Position numbers and translations under genes: made by a program. From Planctomycetota bacterium (lineage in GTDB: Bacteria > Planctomycetota > UBA1135 > UBA2386), in the NCBI GenBank assembly GCA_947501605.1, contig CANMWZ010000001.1, forward strand, positions 128,001-192,000: 64,000 nucleotides of DNA. The letters run 5' to 3'. Below, piece by piece: positions 18,445 to 28,059 of this stretch. How positions within the stretch are numbered: the first letter of the stretch is position 1; each line of letters begins with the position of its first letter. The notes under the pieces were generated by a model. That model was not told the origin of the DNA and made no database searches. It saw nothing but the letters and a program-made list of their open reading frames with translations.

Positions 18445-21400
18445 GTGACCGACGCCGCAGAATCGCCCAACGACGGCACTTCGCCCGCCGAGGCACCCGC
18501 GGTGCTCCCGCTCTCGCCCCCGATCCCGCTCGCGGGCCACTTCACCCTGCTGCAAGAACTCGGCAGCGGCAGCTCGGGCACGGTCTATCGAGCACGCCTG
18601 ACGGAGGCCTACGAGGACTTGAAGGCCGGCACCGAAGTCGCGATCAAGTTCTTGCGCCAGGACCGCCTGCTGGACGAGAAGTCGCGCGCGCGCTTTGTCG
18701 CCGAGGGCCAACTCGGCCAACGCGTGCGCCATGCCAACGTCGCCGCGATCCACGGCGTCGAGACCATCGCCGTGCTCGGGCTCGAGACGACCTACCTGGT
18801 GATGGAGCTCGTACGTGGCACGACGCTGCGGCAGTTCTTGGTGCAACAGGGCCCGCCGGTCGAAGACCTCACGCGCCGCATCGGCCGCGATGCGGCGCTC
18901 GGCCTGCAAGCGCTGCACCGGCGCGGGGTCGTACACCGCGACGTCAAGCCTGAGAACCTCGTGCTCACGCCGCAGGGCGAAGTGAAGATCGTCGATCTCG
19001 GCCTCGCACGTCCCTTCGGCGAAGCCAGCAGCGGCCGCGACAGTGCGGGCACTGGCAGCACCGGCTCGGGCGGTAGTGGCTCGGGCGGTAGTGGCTCGGG
19101 TTCGCACGGATCGACCGGCAGCGGTACAGCGAGCAACAGTCACGGTAGCCACGGCTCTGGCAGCGGGCGGCGCTCCCTGTCGTCCGGGAGTCGCGGGATC
19201 GCCGGTAGCGTGTCGTACAGTTCGCCGGAGGCACTGCAGGGCCGTCCCGTCGGTCCGCAGAGCGACCTCTACGCGCTTGGCGTCGTGCTGTTCGAAGTCG
19301 CGACCGGCCGCCATCCGTTCGCTCACTGCGAGTCCGCCGACGAGATGATCCACGCGCACCTGCACGAAGCGCCGCCGCGACCGTCGTACTGGCGACCGCG
19401 CATCTCGCCGCTGCTGGAGCAACTGCTGCTCGAGCTATTGCAAAAGGACCAGAACGCGCGGCCTGACGCTGCTGCCGAGGTCGCACGCATCCTGCAACAA
19501 GGGGAGGCCTCCGAGTGGTGGCAAGAACACGAGCAACGCGCGCCCGCCCTTGCATCGGGGCGCCGTTTGCAGCGCATGCGGCGGCCGGCGGAAACGCCGT
19601 TTCAGGGCCGCGAGGACGAACTGCAGAAGCTGACGCGGCAGTTGCAGTACGCGCGTTCGGGCAAGGGCCGCGCCCGTTGGATCAGCGGCCCGCAAGGCAT
19701 CGGCCGACGGCGCTTGCTCGACGAAGCGATGACGCAGTGGCTGCAGCGCGACACCGATCTGCTCTACCTCGGCGGCGAAGCCGACCCAGGCCTCGGTCAC
19801 GCCGAACCGTTCGCGAGTTCCTTGCTCGACTACCTGCTGCGCGGTGAAGGACTCGACTCGCCGCAGGCCATCCCTCGCGCTGAAGCGCGCGCCAAGCTCG
19901 AACTCGACCTCGACGATGGGGACGCGCAGGCGCTGATCGCGGTGGCGACCGGACAGAGCACCGAGGAACCCGAGGTCCGCGCCAATCGCCTCGCCAACGC
20001 CCTGCTGTCGCTGCCGAGAAAGGGCCGCGTGATGGTGCTGCGCATCGACGCTGCCGACCGCCTCGACACTTCCGGACGACTGGTGCTCCAGCGTCTCCTG
20101 CGCGACCTCGCCCGGCGCCACATCTTGCTGCTGGTGACCGCGGGCCCCGATTGGCAAGCCCCCGAGGCCCTCGAACGCATCGACGTGCACGGCCTCGACG
20201 AGCTCGAGTTCTTGCAACTCGGTCGCGCGCTATTCGCACCTGGCCGCGCACCCGACGCGCAACTCGAAGCCGCCCACGCAACCTTCAGCGGCAGCCCGGG
20301 CAACCTCATCGAGGCGCTCGAACACCTCGCCCAAAACGATGTGCTGTTCGGCCGCCCCGGCGACTTCCATGGGCTCCCGCCCGAGATTGAGCTGCGGCCG
20401 GCACCTCACCATTTGCAGCGCTTCGAGCAACGCGTGCAACGCATGCCGCCGTCGCATCGCCGGGTGTTGGCTGCTACTGCCGTGCTCGGCAACCGCTGCT
20501 CACTCAGCGACCTCGTCGCCTTGACCGGCACGCCCGAACTGCTGGTGCTGGAGACGCTCTCGTTGTTCCGTGGCCGAGTGCTACGGGCGCAAGGCGGTGA
20601 AGTGATCTTCCGCCACCGCGACTTCCAACAGGCCCTGCTGCGACAAATCGAGCCCGACGAACGCACGGCATTGCACAAGCGCGCGGCCGAGGTCTTCGAG
20701 CAACGCAAGAAGCCGCCGCTCGAGATCGGCATGCACCGCTCGCAAGCGCTCGACCATCAAGGCTGCATCGAACCGCTGTTGCTCGGGCTCGCCGAGATCG
20801 TGCGTGCCGGCAGCCGCCGCACCAGCCTGCGCATCGCCGCGCGACTGCAAGTGCACGTGCAACACCTGCCCGAAGGCCGGGTCCGCGACGAGGCCCAACT
20901 GCGTTTGTTGCTGCTGTCGGCGCGCGCGCGGCGCAATGCGGGGCAGCCGCAGTTTGCCGCGCGGCAGTTCCGCGCCGCCGACTCACTGGCGCGCGAACTC
21001 GCCGATCCGCTCGGCAGCGGCGAAGCGCTGACCGGACTCGCGGCCGCGACCTTCGACCATGGCCATCTGATGCAGGCCATACTGCTGCTCGAGAATGCGC
21101 ACCGCGAACTGGAGAACCCGGAAAGCGACCGGGCGCGCGTGCTCGCCGCCGATGCCCACGGGTTGCACGGCCGCATCCTGCTCTACCTCGGAGAATCGGA
21201 GGACGGCATGCGGCACATCCAAGCCGCCCTGCGCCTGTTGCCCGACAAGGAGATCGAGCGACAACGCCACCTGCAGATCGACCTCGCGCGCCTCGAGGCG
21301 CTGCGCCACCACTACCCGACCGCGTTGAAGACGCTGACCAAGGTCGACGATCGACAAGCGCGCCACCTGCCGCGCGTTCGCATGCGTCTGCGGCTGTATC

Positions 21401-21963
21401 GCGGTCAGTTCCGCGCCGCGCTCGGCGACGACGATGCGGCGCAGGACCTGCGCGCGTGCATTCAGGAAGCCGAGCGCCTGTCGCTGTGGGCCTATGCCGC
21501 ACGGGCGCGCATCTTCCTCGGCGAGCGTGCCTTCTTCGACCGGCGCGACGACGACGCCCGCACCGAGTTCATCGCCGCGCGCGAACTGGCGCAGCGCGGT
21601 CGCGATCCACTGGGGCACGCGCTGGCGTCGATCCACTTGCTGCGGCTCGGTGCGGATGATCCCGAACTCACAGCCGCCGTCGACAACCTCGGCCTGCCGT
21701 CGCTGCAGACGGCATGGCTGCTCGCCTCGGCGTATCGCGCCGAAGAACGCGGCGACCTCGCGGCTCGCGACCAATGCGCCGAACGCGCACTCGGGTTGTG
21801 CACCACCGCCGATGTGCCGTTGGCACTGCACCTTCGCGCCCTCGCGCTCGGCGGGCTCGAAGCGTCGGCTCGCGCGCTGGTGCGTACGATTGCCGCCAAG
21901 TTCCGCGATCGTCGAACACAGAAGCGCTTTGCCAAGACCTGGGAGAACGGCGCCCGGGTGTGA
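18445..21963 (+). CDS. Hanks-type Ser/Thr protein kinase fused to a degenerate P-loop ATPase and TPR-like helical domain
   Basis: LGSGSSGTVY, VAIK, HRDVKPEN, DLG, SPE, SDLYALG; then FQGREDEL, GPQGIGR, GSPGNLIE; helical C-terminus; start at GTG 18445. Confidence 0.92.
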   Translation: MTDAAESPNDGTSPAEAPAVLPLSPPIPLAGHFTLLQELGSGSSGTVYRARLTEAYEDLKAGTEVAIKFLRQDRLLDEKSRARFVAEGQLGQRVRHANVAAIHGVETIAVLGLETTYLVMELVRGTTLRQFLVQQGPPVEDLTRRIGRDAALGLQALHRRGVVHRDVKPENLVLTPQGEVKIVDLGLARPFGEASSGRDSAGTGSTGSGGSGSGGSGSGSHGSTGSGTASNSHGSHGSGSGRRSLSSGSRGIAGSVSYSSPEALQGRPVGPQSDLYALGVVLFEVATGRHPFAHCESADEMIHAHLHEAPPRPSYWRPRISPLLEQLLLELLQKDQNARPDAAAEVARILQQGEASEWWQEHEQRAPALASGRRLQRMRRPAETPFQGREDELQKLTRQLQYARSGKGRARWISGPQGIGRRRLLDEAMTQWLQRDTDLLYLGGEADPGLGHAEPFASSLLDYLLRGEGLDSPQAIPRAEARAKLELDLDDGDAQALIAVATGQSTEEPEVRANRLANALLSLPRKGRVMVLRIDAADRLDTSGRLVLQRLLRDLARRHILLLVTAGPDWQAPEALERIDVHGLDELEFLQLGRALFAPGRAPDAQLEAAHATFSGSPGNLIEALEHLAQNDVLFGRPGDFHGLPPEIELRPAPHHLQRFEQRVQRMPPSHRRVLAATAVLGNRCSLSDLVALTGTPELLVLETLSLFRGRVLRAQGGEVIFRHRDFQQALLRQIEPDERTALHKRAAEVFEQRKKPPLEIGMHRSQALDHQGCIEPLLLGLAEIVRAGSRRTSLRIAARLQVHVQHLPEGRVRDEAQLRLLLLSARARRNAGQPQFAARQFRAADSLARELADPLGSGEALTGLAAATFDHGHLMQAILLLENAHRELENPESDRARVLAADAHGLHGRILLYLGESEDGMRHIQAALRLLPDKEIERQRHLQIDLARLEALRHHYPTALKTLTKVDDRQARHLPRVRMRLRLYRGQFRAALGDDDAAQDLRACIQEAERLSLWAYAARARIFLGERAFFDRRDDDARTEFIAARELAQRGRDPLGHALASIHLLRLGADDPELTAAVDNLGLPSLQTAWLLASAYRAEERGDLAARDQCAERALGLCTTADVPLALHLRALALGGLEASARALVRTIAAKFRDRRTQKRFAKTWENGARV
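19063..19100. repeat. 15-bp tandem repeat (GSGGS) in the kinase activation loop
   Basis: GGCTCGGGCGGTAGT x2 plus a partial third copy. Confidence 0.8.
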
Positions 21964-22021
21964 CGACAGCCTTTGGTCGCCGCCTTCCGCGCCCGCGTGA
22001 GGGCGCTATCGTGTTCGGTCC

Positions 22022-24388
22022 GTGAAGCGCGCGCTGTTTCCCCTGATCGCCTCGGTCCTCGTGGCGCTGCTGTTGTGGCAGTCCTTTCCCGGCTTGATCG
22101 GGGACCCGAGCGGCATCGAGCTACCCGAGCCGCCAACGTTGCAAGACGATCGAGGTCTCCTGATCGATATCGCGCGGGCGGAGGACGTCGAGAACACGGT
22201 CATCAGCGATGAACTGCTTCGGATTCGCGAAGTTCTCCCCCTGGCCATCGACACTCCCCCAGCGCAACTGACCGTGCTGGTTCGACGGCCCGACGGTCGG
22301 CCGCTCGAGGACGTTGCTGTGATCCTCGCACCGCCGCTCGTGGTGGACGCCCGCACTGACGAACGCGTCGGCGTGACGGGCCGCGACGGCACCATCGAGT
22401 TCTCGCTGCCGCCGGGTTCGTGGCGGTGCCGCACGGTGCTCGGGGTCAATGCCGAACTCGAACTCGCTGCGGACGAACGACGCGCGCTCGAACTGACCCT
22501 GCCGAAGGATCCTGCAGTCCGCGGCATCGTCACCGACGAACGCGGCGCGCCCATTGCATCGGCGACGGTACTTGTGCTCGGGCTCAGCACCCTGGGCATC
22601 GCCCGATCTGGCGCCCGCACCGGCCCGGACGGCTCGTTCGAGTTGCTGGGCATCGGCGCGGGTCGCCTGCTCGCGGCCGCGCATCCGGACTTCGCACCCT
22701 GCCAACCGCAGCGGGTCGAACTGGCCGACGCCGAGGCACCAACGATCACACTCGTGTTGCGGCGGCCACACGGCGTGCTGCTTGGCGACGTCACCGACAC
22801 CGAGGGCAAGGGGCTGCCGGGTGCCGTCGTCTGGTTCGGGCCGCGTTCGCAACCATCCCCAGCATCGATCCTCGGCGCCGACGCGCCACAAAGCGGTCCC
22901 CCGGCGCAGGTCGTGCGCGCCGACGAGCACGGCCACTTCGTTTCGCCGGCGCTGCCGCTGGGCGAAATCGAGGTCCGGGCTCTGGCCACAGGCTTCGCAC
23001 TCGGCCGCACGTTCGCGACGGTTGCTGCGGGCGCATCCTCCGCGTTGCGCCTCGTGCTCGATTCGGGCGCTCGACTCGAGGGCATCGTTCGACATCCCGA
23101 CGGCACTCCAGCAGCGGACGCGATTGTCTACAGCGGCATTCGTCGCTCGATCGGCAGTCGCCTCGCGCGCACCCAAGTCGACGGCTCGTTCGCGCTCACA
23201 TCACTGCCGACCCACGCGATCGAAGTCACGGCCCTCGGCCTTGCCGCCAACGGCGTCACGACGCAGCAGGCCGCCACCCTGATCCAATTGCGAGCGGGCG
23301 AGACGCTCGGATGGAACCCGACCCTGCTGCCGCAGCCGCGAGGCAGTGTGCGCGGCAAGCTCGAGGACCAACAGGGGCAGCCACTCGCTGGCTGGCTCGT
23401 GATGGCGACTCCGCAAGGCCAGCGCCGCGGTCTTGGCACCGAGACTGCGAGTGACGGGACGTTTTCGCTGCTGGGACTGCCCACCCTGCAGACCGTCGAC
23501 GTCTCGGCCCGCCGTCCATCTGGTGGCTGGAACAGCTTTGTCGACGGGGTGCGGAAGAGCGTCGTGGTCGACGGTTCGCCCGTGACCATCACCGTGGTGT
23601 ACCCGGCGCCCGACCGCTGCACGCTGCTCGGCGTCGCCCTCGATGAAGGCGGCCGCCCACTCACCGCCAACATCCACATGCTCCATGGCCGCGGCGAAGT
23701 CGCGCAGTACCCGACCCGACTCGACGGTTCCTTCCGCATCGACACGGTGCCGGCCGGCACGGTGAATCTCGAACTGCGGCATCCGAACTACCCACCGCTG
23801 CGGCTACCGCCGTTGCAGCTGGAGGCGCAGGAAGTGCGCGACCTCGGCACACTCCAACTGCGCCAAGGTGGCATCGCCTTTGGCCGCATCCTCGGTCCAC
23901 TCGACCAACCGCCCACCAATGTCACCATGCGACTCATCGACAGCGGCGACCGTGAGATCGCAACGGCGGACTGCACGGATCTTGGCTATCGAACCCCGTG
24001 GCTACAGCCGGGCGACTATGACCTACTGGTCCAGGCAGACAGCACCGCGCCGAGCCGCGTGCCCGTCTCGATCCAAGCCGGCCAGGAGCACGAGCTCAAC
24101 ATTCGCTTGGAACCTGGCTCGCTGCACCGCTTGCGCGTGCGCACAGGTGTCGACTCGGATCGCTCGGCCCAGGTGTCCGTTGTGGTGTTCGACGATCAGC
24201 AACGCGCCGTCTGGGTCGCACACCTGCCGATGACGCAGGGCACCGCCGAGTTTCGTTGTTACCTGCGAGACGGACCCTTTGCGGTGCTCGCACTCGGGGT
24301 TCGCGGCTACCGCGCTACTGGCTCGTTTGCGGTCGACGCACGATCCCCCGCCGGTCCTGGCCTGACCGAGTTGGAACTGCAGCACTGA
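22022..24388 (+). CDS. membrane-anchored protein with multiple carboxypeptidase-regulatory-like (Cna-B/prealbumin-like) repeats
   Basis: N-terminal hydrophobic segment; repeated G.V.D..G.P...A.V and T..DG.F.L motifs. Confidence 0.85.
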   Translation: MKRALFPLIASVLVALLLWQSFPGLIGDPSGIELPEPPTLQDDRGLLIDIARAEDVENTVISDELLRIREVLPLAIDTPPAQLTVLVRRPDGRPLEDVAVILAPPLVVDARTDERVGVTGRDGTIEFSLPPGSWRCRTVLGVNAELELAADERRALELTLPKDPAVRGIVTDERGAPIASATVLVLGLSTLGIARSGARTGPDGSFELLGIGAGRLLAAAHPDFAPCQPQRVELADAEAPTITLVLRRPHGVLLGDVTDTEGKGLPGAVVWFGPRSQPSPASILGADAPQSGPPAQVVRADEHGHFVSPALPLGEIEVRALATGFALGRTFATVAAGASSALRLVLDSGARLEGIVRHPDGTPAADAIVYSGIRRSIGSRLARTQVDGSFALTSLPTHAIEVTALGLAANGVTTQQAATLIQLRAGETLGWNPTLLPQPRGSVRGKLEDQQGQPLAGWLVMATPQGQRRGLGTETASDGTFSLLGLPTLQTVDVSARRPSGGWNSFVDGVRKSVVVDGSPVTITVVYPAPDRCTLLGVALDEGGRPLTANIHMLHGRGEVAQYPTRLDGSFRIDTVPAGTVNLELRHPNYPPLRLPPLQLEAQEVRDLGTLQLRQGGIAFGRILGPLDQPPTNVTMRLIDSGDREIATADCTDLGYRTPWLQPGDYDLLVQADSTAPSRVPVSIQAGQEHELNIRLEPGSLHRLRVRTGVDSDRSAQVSVVVFDDQQRAVWVAHLPMTQGTAEFRCYLRDGPFAVLALGVRGYRATGSFAVDARSPAGPGLTELELQH

Positions 24389-24459
24389 CCGTCTTCGGCA
24401 CCAAGGTGCACTCCGGCCGTGGACACCAGCAGCCGCTGGGTCGATGATCCGCTTTGCGC

Positions 24460-27400
24460 ATGCGTTTTTCTCTTGCGAGCCGTGCCGTCCTGACCCTGTT
24501 GTGCTCCGCCGCCGCGGCGAACGCCCAACAGGCTCCATCTCAAGGCCCGGTTGCCCGCGCTGTCCGCTATGACCGCGACGTTCGACCGATCCTCGCCGAC
24601 CGTTGCTTCAAGTGTCACGGACCGGACGAAGGTGCGCGCAAGGGCAAGCTTCGCCTCGACCAACGCGAAGCGGCCGTCGCACTGCGCGACACGGGTGCAG
24701 CGATCGTGCCCGGCGACCCCGACGCCAGCGAAGTGTGGCGCCGCATCACGACCGCGGACAGCGACGACGCGATGCCGCCCAAGGACAGCGGCAAGGCGGC
24801 GCTGACGGCCGAGGAGCGCGCGATCCTCCGCACCTGGATCGAGGGCGGCGGCGACTACGAACGACACTGGTCGTTCGTGGCGCCGGTGCGCGCGCCAGTG
24901 CCGCCACTGCCGGGCCCTTCCGACGCGCGCAATGCCGTCGATTCGTTCGTGCGCCTAGCCCTGGCCGAACGGTCACTACAACCCAGTGATCGCGCCGCGC
25001 CCGCGGTGCAGCTCCGCCGCCTGTTCTTGACGTTGACCGGACTGCCGCCCGAACCGCAGGACCTCGCGGGCTTCGTCGCGGATCCGAGCAACAGCGCCTA
25101 CGACGCCTGGGTCGAGCGCCTGCTGACCGAGGAGCCGTGGCGCACGCGATACGCCGAGCGCATGGCCTCGCCGTGGCTCGACGCCGCTCGCTACGCCGAC
25201 ACCTCGGGCATCCACATGGACGCCGGCCGCCAGATGTGGCCATGGCGCGATTGGGTGCTGAACGCGTTCCGCGACAACATGCCCTTCGACCAGTTCGCGC
25301 GCGATCAGCTCGCCGGCGACCTTTGGCCCGAAGCGACGCAGAGCCAGAAGATCGCGACCGGCTTCCACCGCTGCCACGTCACGACCGACGAAGGCGGGGC
25401 CATCGACGAGGAGTACCTGGTCGAGTACGCCGTCGACCGCGTGGCGACGACCGGCTCCGTGTTCTTGGGCCTCACGCTTGGCTGTGCGCGCTGCCACGAC
25501 CACAAGTACGACCCGATCACCCAAGAGGACTTCTTCTCGCTCTACGCCTACTTCCGCTCGATCGACGAGCCCGGCCTCTACTCGCAGATCCCCGACGCCA
25601 ACCGCGCCTTGGAACCGTTCCTGCGCGTGCCGTCGGTTGCGCAGAGCGAGCGAGAGCAGGAACTGAAGGCGCAGCTCACCCAGATCGAACACGATCTCGA
25701 CGTGGTACCACCGGAAGAAGCGACGGAGTTCGCCGCCTGGCAAGCCGAGCTGGTGCGCACTGCGCAGTTGTCGTGGCCGCCGGTGACGACGATTGCTGCG
25801 ACCTCGACCGGCGGCGCGACGCTGCGGATCGACGAGACCGGAGCCGTGACGGCAAGTGGCGAGAATCCAGACCGCGACCACCACGTGATCCGCCTGCGGA
25901 CCGAGGCGCTCGACCTGCGCTTGTTGTGCCTGCAAGCACTGCCCGCTCCGGAACGCCAAGATCAGCGCGTCGGCCGCGCCGAGAACGGCAACGCCGTGCT
26001 GCAGTCGATCGAAGTGCAGGCCATCTCGGTCCGCGATCCGCAGCAGTGCGTGACGGTCCCCTTGCTGTGGGCATGGGCCTCCCACGAACAGCAGAACGGC
26101 GACTTCCGCGTGACCAACACGATCGCCCGCGAGAACGGCGTCGGCTGGGCCGTGGACGCGCACAACCAACCAGGTGGAGAACGCGCCGCGCTGTATCTCA
26201 GCGATGCACCCTTTGGCTTCGAGGGCGGCACCGAGATCGTCGTCACGCTGCACTACGACTCCGTCTACGCCCGGCACACCTTCGCGCGCGTCCGCTGCTC
26301 GCTTGGCACGCTTGCGGAGACTGGCACCGATCGCCTGCCCGAAGCAAGCAGCAGTTGGTTCGTGGCCGGCCCGTTCGAGGGCGAGCGCGAGGCGCTATTC
26401 GACGCCGTGCACGGGCCTGAAAGCGAACGTGTTCTCGACCGCAACGCGACCTTCGCGGTGGCCAGCAAGGCAGAACCGCGGCGCTGGCGATTGGACGAGC
26501 GATTGCGGCTGGGCGCCGTTGGCGACCTGCCCGACGGCCAGAACATCACCTACGTCGCCCGCACGGTGTTCGCGCCGACCAAGCGCTCGCGCGAACTCTC
26601 ACTCGGCAGCGATGATGGCTTCCGCCTCTTCCTCGATGGCCAGGAAGTCGCCAAGAACCGCATCGAACGCGGCGCCGCGCCGGACCAGGACAGCGCCAAG
26701 ATCGAGTTCCTCCGCGGCGCCCAGCTCCTGACGATGAAGATCGTCAACACCGGCGGCAATGGCGGCCTCTACCAGCGCCCGCTGCCCCGTCAAGACGAGC
26801 TCGACGGCGACCTGCAGGCGGCGTTGCTGCCAGCAGCCGCGCAGGCGCCCTTGGCCGAACGCCTGCGCACTGCGTGGCGAACGCGGTTCAGCAAGGGCTA
26901 CAACGACAAGGTGCAGACGCAGCGAGCGCTGGCGGCGTCGCTTGCGGAACTCGATCGGCAAGTCCCGCGCACGATGGTCATGAAGGAGCGCAACGAGCGG
27001 CGCAAGACCTACATGCTGCTGCGCGGCGCCTACGACCAACCGATCACCGACCGCGACATCCCGCGCGGCGTGCCAAAGGCACTGGGCTCGCTGCCGCAAG
27101 ACACTCCGGATGACCGCCGCGGCCTCGCACAGTGGATCACCGCACCGACCAGCACGCTGTTTGCGCGCGTGCAGGTCAATCGGCTGTTCGAGACGATGTT
27201 CGGCACTGGCATCGTTCGCACCAGCGAGGACTTCGGCATGCAGGGCGAGTGGCCCAGCAACCAGGACCTGCTCGACTGGCTCGCGGTCGAGTTCCAGAGC
27301 AGCGGCTACGACGTGCGCCACATCGTGCGGCTGTTGGCGCAGAGTGCGACGTTTCGCCAAGACGACCGCGCGACCGAAGCCGCGCGCGCCGTCGACGCCG

Positions 27401-28059
27401 ACAATCGCTACCTGTCGTGGTACCCGCGCCGTCGCCTGTCGGCCGAACAACTTCGCGATCAAGCCCTGTTCGCCGCGGGCCTGCTGAAGGAGAGCCTGGG
27501 CGGCCCCTCGGTGAAGCCCTACCAACCAGACGGACTGTGGCAGGAGGTCGCGATGTTGCAGTCGAACACGCGCGTGTTCGAACGCAGCGACGGTGACGGG
27601 CTGTTCCGCCGCAGCCTCTACACCTACTACAAGCGTGCGTGCCCGCCGCCGTCGATGCTGACCTTTGACGCGCCGACACGCGAGTCGTGCGTCACGCGGC
27701 GACCGCAGACCAACACTCCGATGCAGGCGCTCGTGCTGTGGAACGACGAGCAGTACGTCGAAGCGGCGCGAAGCCTCGCCGCGCGCGGCTACGTCGAAGC
27801 CAGCGACGATGCCGGTCGCATCGCGGCGATGTTCGTGCGCTGCACCAGCGAGCAACCATCCGCCCCGGCCAGCGCGCGGTTGCTCACTGCACTGCAGCAA
27901 TTCCGAGCGCGCTACGCCACCGCGCCCGACGATGCCGCAAGACTGCTCAGCGTCGGCACGGTGCCGCCACCAGCCGGCATCGCGAAGGAAGAGCTCGCAG
28001 CCTTCACTCTGGTTGCGAGTGCGATCCTCAACCTCGACGCCACGGTGTGCCTGCCATGA
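24460..28059 (+). CDS. planctomycete cytochrome c domain plus DUF1549/DUF1553 (PSD1) protein
   Basis: Signal peptide; YDRDVRPILADRCFKCHGPD; HWSF; WLDAARYADT; CARCHDHKYDP; RRLSAEQLRDQAL; TNTPMQAL. Confidence 0.95.
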   Translation: MRFSLASRAVLTLLCSAAAANAQQAPSQGPVARAVRYDRDVRPILADRCFKCHGPDEGARKGKLRLDQREAAVALRDTGAAIVPGDPDASEVWRRITTADSDDAMPPKDSGKAALTAEERAILRTWIEGGGDYERHWSFVAPVRAPVPPLPGPSDARNAVDSFVRLALAERSLQPSDRAAPAVQLRRLFLTLTGLPPEPQDLAGFVADPSNSAYDAWVERLLTEEPWRTRYAERMASPWLDAARYADTSGIHMDAGRQMWPWRDWVLNAFRDNMPFDQFARDQLAGDLWPEATQSQKIATGFHRCHVTTDEGGAIDEEYLVEYAVDRVATTGSVFLGLTLGCARCHDHKYDPITQEDFFSLYAYFRSIDEPGLYSQIPDANRALEPFLRVPSVAQSEREQELKAQLTQIEHDLDVVPPEEATEFAAWQAELVRTAQLSWPPVTTIAATSTGGATLRIDETGAVTASGENPDRDHHVIRLRTEALDLRLLCLQALPAPERQDQRVGRAENGNAVLQSIEVQAISVRDPQQCVTVPLLWAWASHEQQNGDFRVTNTIARENGVGWAVDAHNQPGGERAALYLSDAPFGFEGGTEIVVTLHYDSVYARHTFARVRCSLGTLAETGTDRLPEASSSWFVAGPFEGEREALFDAVHGPESERVLDRNATFAVASKAEPRRWRLDERLRLGAVGDLPDGQNITYVARTVFAPTKRSRELSLGSDDGFRLFLDGQEVAKNRIERGAAPDQDSAKIEFLRGAQLLTMKIVNTGGNGGLYQRPLPRQDELDGDLQAALLPAAAQAPLAERLRTAWRTRFSKGYNDKVQTQRALAASLAELDRQVPRTMVMKERNERRKTYMLLRGAYDQPITDRDIPRGVPKALGSLPQDTPDDRRGLAQWITAPTSTLFARVQVNRLFETMFGTGIVRTSEDFGMQGEWPSNQDLLDWLAVEFQSSGYDVRHIVRLLAQSATFRQDDRATEAARAVDADNRYLSWYPRRRLSAEQLRDQALFAAGLLKESLGGPSVKPYQPDGLWQEVAMLQSNTRVFERSDGDGLFRRSLYTYYKRACPPPSMLTFDAPTRESCVTRRPQTNTPMQALVLWNDEQYVEAARSLAARGYVEASDDAGRIAAMFVRCTSEQPSAPASARLLTALQQFRARYATAPDDAARLLSVGTVPPPAGIAKEELAAFTLVASAILNLDATVCLP

